From: Raillietiella orientalis
Taxonomy: Eukaryota
DNA length: 64,000 nucleotides
Assembly (NCBI GenBank): GCA_036172245.1
Contig: JAYWIR010000026.1
Location: 1,922,001-1,986,000, forward strand
Reading direction: 5' to 3'
The notes under the pieces were generated by a model that saw only the letters and a list, made by a program, of their open reading frames with translations, was not told the DNA's origin and ran no database searches. The translations under genes were made by a program, and so were the position numbers. Below, piece by piece: positions 60,901 to 64,000 of the stretch. Position 1 is the stretch's first letter; each line of letters starts with the position of its first letter.

Positions 60901-63299
60901 GTCCGTCCTTCCCTAGGTGCGCTGACAGCCTACGCCCCCTCTCCCCGGTTGCCCCGGAGCGAAGCCGCCGTCGCACGGCGGATGATGGGAGCGAGGAGCA
61001 TGGGGGGGGGGAGGCATTCCGCGCCGCGGTTGGCGCGCCCGGCCTTACCGAACCGAGACGAATGCCCGCTTTCCCGGCCGGCGTCCCGCGGGGTTTCTAA
61101 CGCCGACGACGCCTGCGGAGTTTCGTGCGCGTGCGTCCTCCTCTGGGCTCCGCTCTCGCTCTCTCCCCTTCTCTCCGCGTGGGTGGTTCGGGAGCTCCCC
61201 AGCTGCCTCGTCTCCCGGGTGACGCACGCTCCTGTCTCGACCCGCATATCCCTCTGCTTTTTTCCCCCAATACCACCGACGCCCGCTTTTCTGCTCGCCC
61301 GCTGCCCCCGACTTGCATGGAGGAGGAAAAAGAGGGGGGATGTCACCTTCCTTCTCTCTCGCCCGCCGCCCCCCTTCTTTCCCAGGAAAAGGTGGCGGCG
61401 ATCCTTGAGGAGGGGGAGGGGGCTCTGTTCTCGCTTTGCCGCCGCGCCAGAAGGCACTGCGCTTGCGCGTTCAATGCGGCGGCGGCGACCCCTCGCCGTG
61501 TGTTCTACCCGGTCCCGTCCAGCCACCCCTACTCCTCGCCTCCACCCCTCCCTACTGTGGCGGCGTCTACGAGAAAACGGCGACTCTCCCGATTCTTTCC
61601 CTCACCGCCCCCTTCCCCTTACTCCAATCCCATCTCCGATCCCCCGACCCGCGCATCCCCGGACTGCCACGTTCACCAGAGCCGACTCGTCTTCCCTACA
61701 GCGACTTCCCGTTGGGACATTGGACATCCCTCCCCCTCCTGCTCCTCCTCCTCGTGAGCAAGCAGAAGTCACGTGGCGGCGCCCGCCCACCGCTGCCGAG
61801 ACGCGCGCGAGAGAGAGGCTCCTCTCCACTCGGGAGTTCAGGACCATCGTGGGCGCGCAAAGAGGCAGAGGCGTCGCTCCCGAGCCGTTTCCCCTCCCTC
61901 CCTCCCCGTTTCCGGATTCCCCCTTCGTGCGCTGCTGCAACCCGCAACTTGTGCTCGGACGTTGCTCTGCCAAACGGGAGAGGAAGCGCGCCCGGGAAAC
62001 TCCTCGTGCCGCCCGCTTCTCCCCTCCATCTTTGTCAGTTGTCCCGGGACGCGAGACGACTTCCCTGGAGCGCCGAGAGGAGCAAGAGAAGCGGCCCAAA
62101 CCTGCGGGAGACGACACCAAGTGGCCCTCCTTCTAATGGCCCGGATGGCGCCTTCTTTGCTGCGCTCCGGCGAGTGAGCGGGCAGAGTGACCACGACCGG
62201 GAGAAAAAGGGGAGGAATGGGGAGGGGAAAACCCCCATGGGAGCATCACTCCTGTGGTGACCCTTCTCTTACTCGTCTCCCTTCTCCTTATGCAGGGGGA
62301 AGCGCGGGGAAAGAGCGGAGTGGATTCTTCTCCTTCGGCACCCCATCGGGGAAGCCCCTTTCATGCCACGTGCGCGAGCGGCCAGAAAGGCGCGGTGCCT
62401 CTGCGACGGGAAATTTCGCCGCGGCTGGGAGGGTTTCGCTCCCAGAGCAGCGAGCGGGGCGTGCAGGGGAGTCTCGGCACTCTCTGCCGGGCTCCGACCC
62501 CATCTCTGGGCGCTTGTCCAAGACAAGGGCGAGTGGGCGGAGGGATTGAAAGGAGTGGAGTCTCCGCGCACCCTTGCGACCCGGAATTCCCGCTATCCGT
62601 CTCCTCGTTCCCCTCGCCCAGGAGGCGCGCGCGGGCTCGTCCTCCCCGCAGGCGGTCGAGGGGAACGGCGCGCCAGGGACTTCCCGTCCTATTGCCAGGG
62701 GCGCGCAAGCGCGCGGGGTCGCCCCGACCCTCGCTCCCTCCCAGCTTCCCTCCCTTCCTCCCTCCCTCCCCGCCAGGACGGATATCCCGGGATAATTGCC
62801 GGCGTTCCCGCGCGACACCCGCCGCTTCCCTTCCCCGGCCGTGCGAGCGCTCCCGGCTCGGCCGACGCGCCCCGAATCCCATTGCGTCCCTTTTAATCTT
62901 CCTCATCCGCCGGGGCTTTTCCTCGGCTCGGAACGCCCCGGCTCGATCCCTGGGGAAGCAGGGAGCGTTCCGGAGGATCCAGCAACGCAATCCGGGTGGG
63001 AAAACGACGACTCCCGAGAAGCGTCCCAGAGAGCTCCGGTGCAGTGGGAGGGTGCCGGGTCTCAAGGGCTTGTTCCTTCTAGGAGGGGGAAGATGGGTCA
63101 GTAGTGGGGATGAGGGGGCCCTTCGTCTCCGTCTTCACCTATCTCGGTCTCACCGCGCGCTCTCCGTAGGACCCCGTGCGCCATAACCCGCCAAGAGCGG
63201 CTGCGGGCCAGGAGAGGAAGGGAGGGAGGAGAACTGTGCTCTGTGCATGCGCGCGTCCGGCTGGCTGGTCCGCGCCGAAGAACGCCAGGGCCAACGACT

Positions 63300-63750
63300 G
63301 GTCGTCTCACGAGCGCGAGCGCTGCGACGAGAGAGTTTTCCTCCGCTCCCTAACGGGGCTCCTGCGGTTGCTGAGCAACGTGCGTATGTCCAGAGGGACG
63401 CTCGTGTAAGAAGAAACGACGCAGGAGTCGAAAGATGAGGAGGAGGAGGAGGGTCGGAGCCCCTTCTCCCTGGCAGCAAGCGGCCTTGGCAACGGCTATC
63501 GGACAGCGCTGGGGCGGCTTCCGACCAAAGACCGAAGCCGCCTTCAGCAAGCGGCAGCGGCGGCAAGGGCCCAGGGGTGACCCGCAAGAAGGAAGGGGCT
63601 TCCCTCTCATCGCTCCGCCACCAGCCGTGGCTGCCGCAGCGACGGCTGGTGGCGGCCACGGCGGACAAACCGCCCGTGTAACGTCGCAATCCCCACGCGG
63701 ACTCTTCTGTCCCGAAAGAGACCACCGTCTCTCCTAGCAGTTTCTCGGTC
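63300..63750 (+). mobile_element. Possible decayed LINE RT fragment
   Basis: TEAAFSKRQRRQGPRGDP ~63530-63583 (FxxxRGxRQGxP); little other support. Confidence 0.25.
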
Positions 63751-64000
63751 TGCTTCCGGGCAACACCAGGAGGAGGCACCGGGAAGGGTGAGTCTAGGAG
63801 CAGACGTGGAGGTGGTGGTGGGGGGTGATGAGGAAAAGGAGCTTGCATCCATCTGCCTGAGGGCGTGGCCTCGGCGAGTCCCTCCACTTAGCCTTCCTTT
63901 GGGGACGGAAAGCCCGCAAAGAGACGGCCTCGATTCCTCAGCGGCCCGAAACTGCCCCGGGCGCTTCGGCAGCGACGCTGCGCGAACGAACCGGCCCTGG

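Noticed and set aside
1..64000. Hundreds of long overlapping ORFs (e.g. 30174-31718, 37911-39305, 18347-19603)
   Set aside because: R/G/P/S/A-rich, present in all six frames and expected from stop-codon scarcity at this GC content. No host protein family was recognised.
1..64000. CRISPR array, operon or other prokaryotic system
   Set aside because: No regularly spaced repeats or gene-dense structure; U2 fragments and LINE relics indicate a eukaryote.

Overview
Eukaryotic, very GC-rich (about two-thirds GC by eye) and CpG-rich DNA, probably from an invertebrate animal: the U2 fragments read GATCAAAGTGTAG, not the vertebrate GATCAAGTGTAG. I find no intact protein-coding gene, rRNA, tRNA or CRISPR array. 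Nearly all ORFs in the track are GC-content artefacts. Much of the window reads as a stack of heavily decayed L1/Tx1-type non-LTR retrotransposons. Endonuclease, RT and C-terminal zinc-knuckle motifs appear in the right order, mostly on the + strand. Two relics end directly on an antisense ~33-36 nt 5' fragment of U2 snRNA, a junction resembling U2-targeting elements. Also present: three long perfect inverted repeats (16-19 bp arms), a hairpin-dense lower-GC island at 52.3-54.9 kb, many RFX X-box-like 14-mers, and small TAAT-rich islands. The U2 fragments, the palindromes and the DNA-level homology between LINE 3' ends are solid. The other retroelement calls rest on by-eye matches to degenerate motifs, have approximate boundaries, and need HMM or tblastn confirmation.
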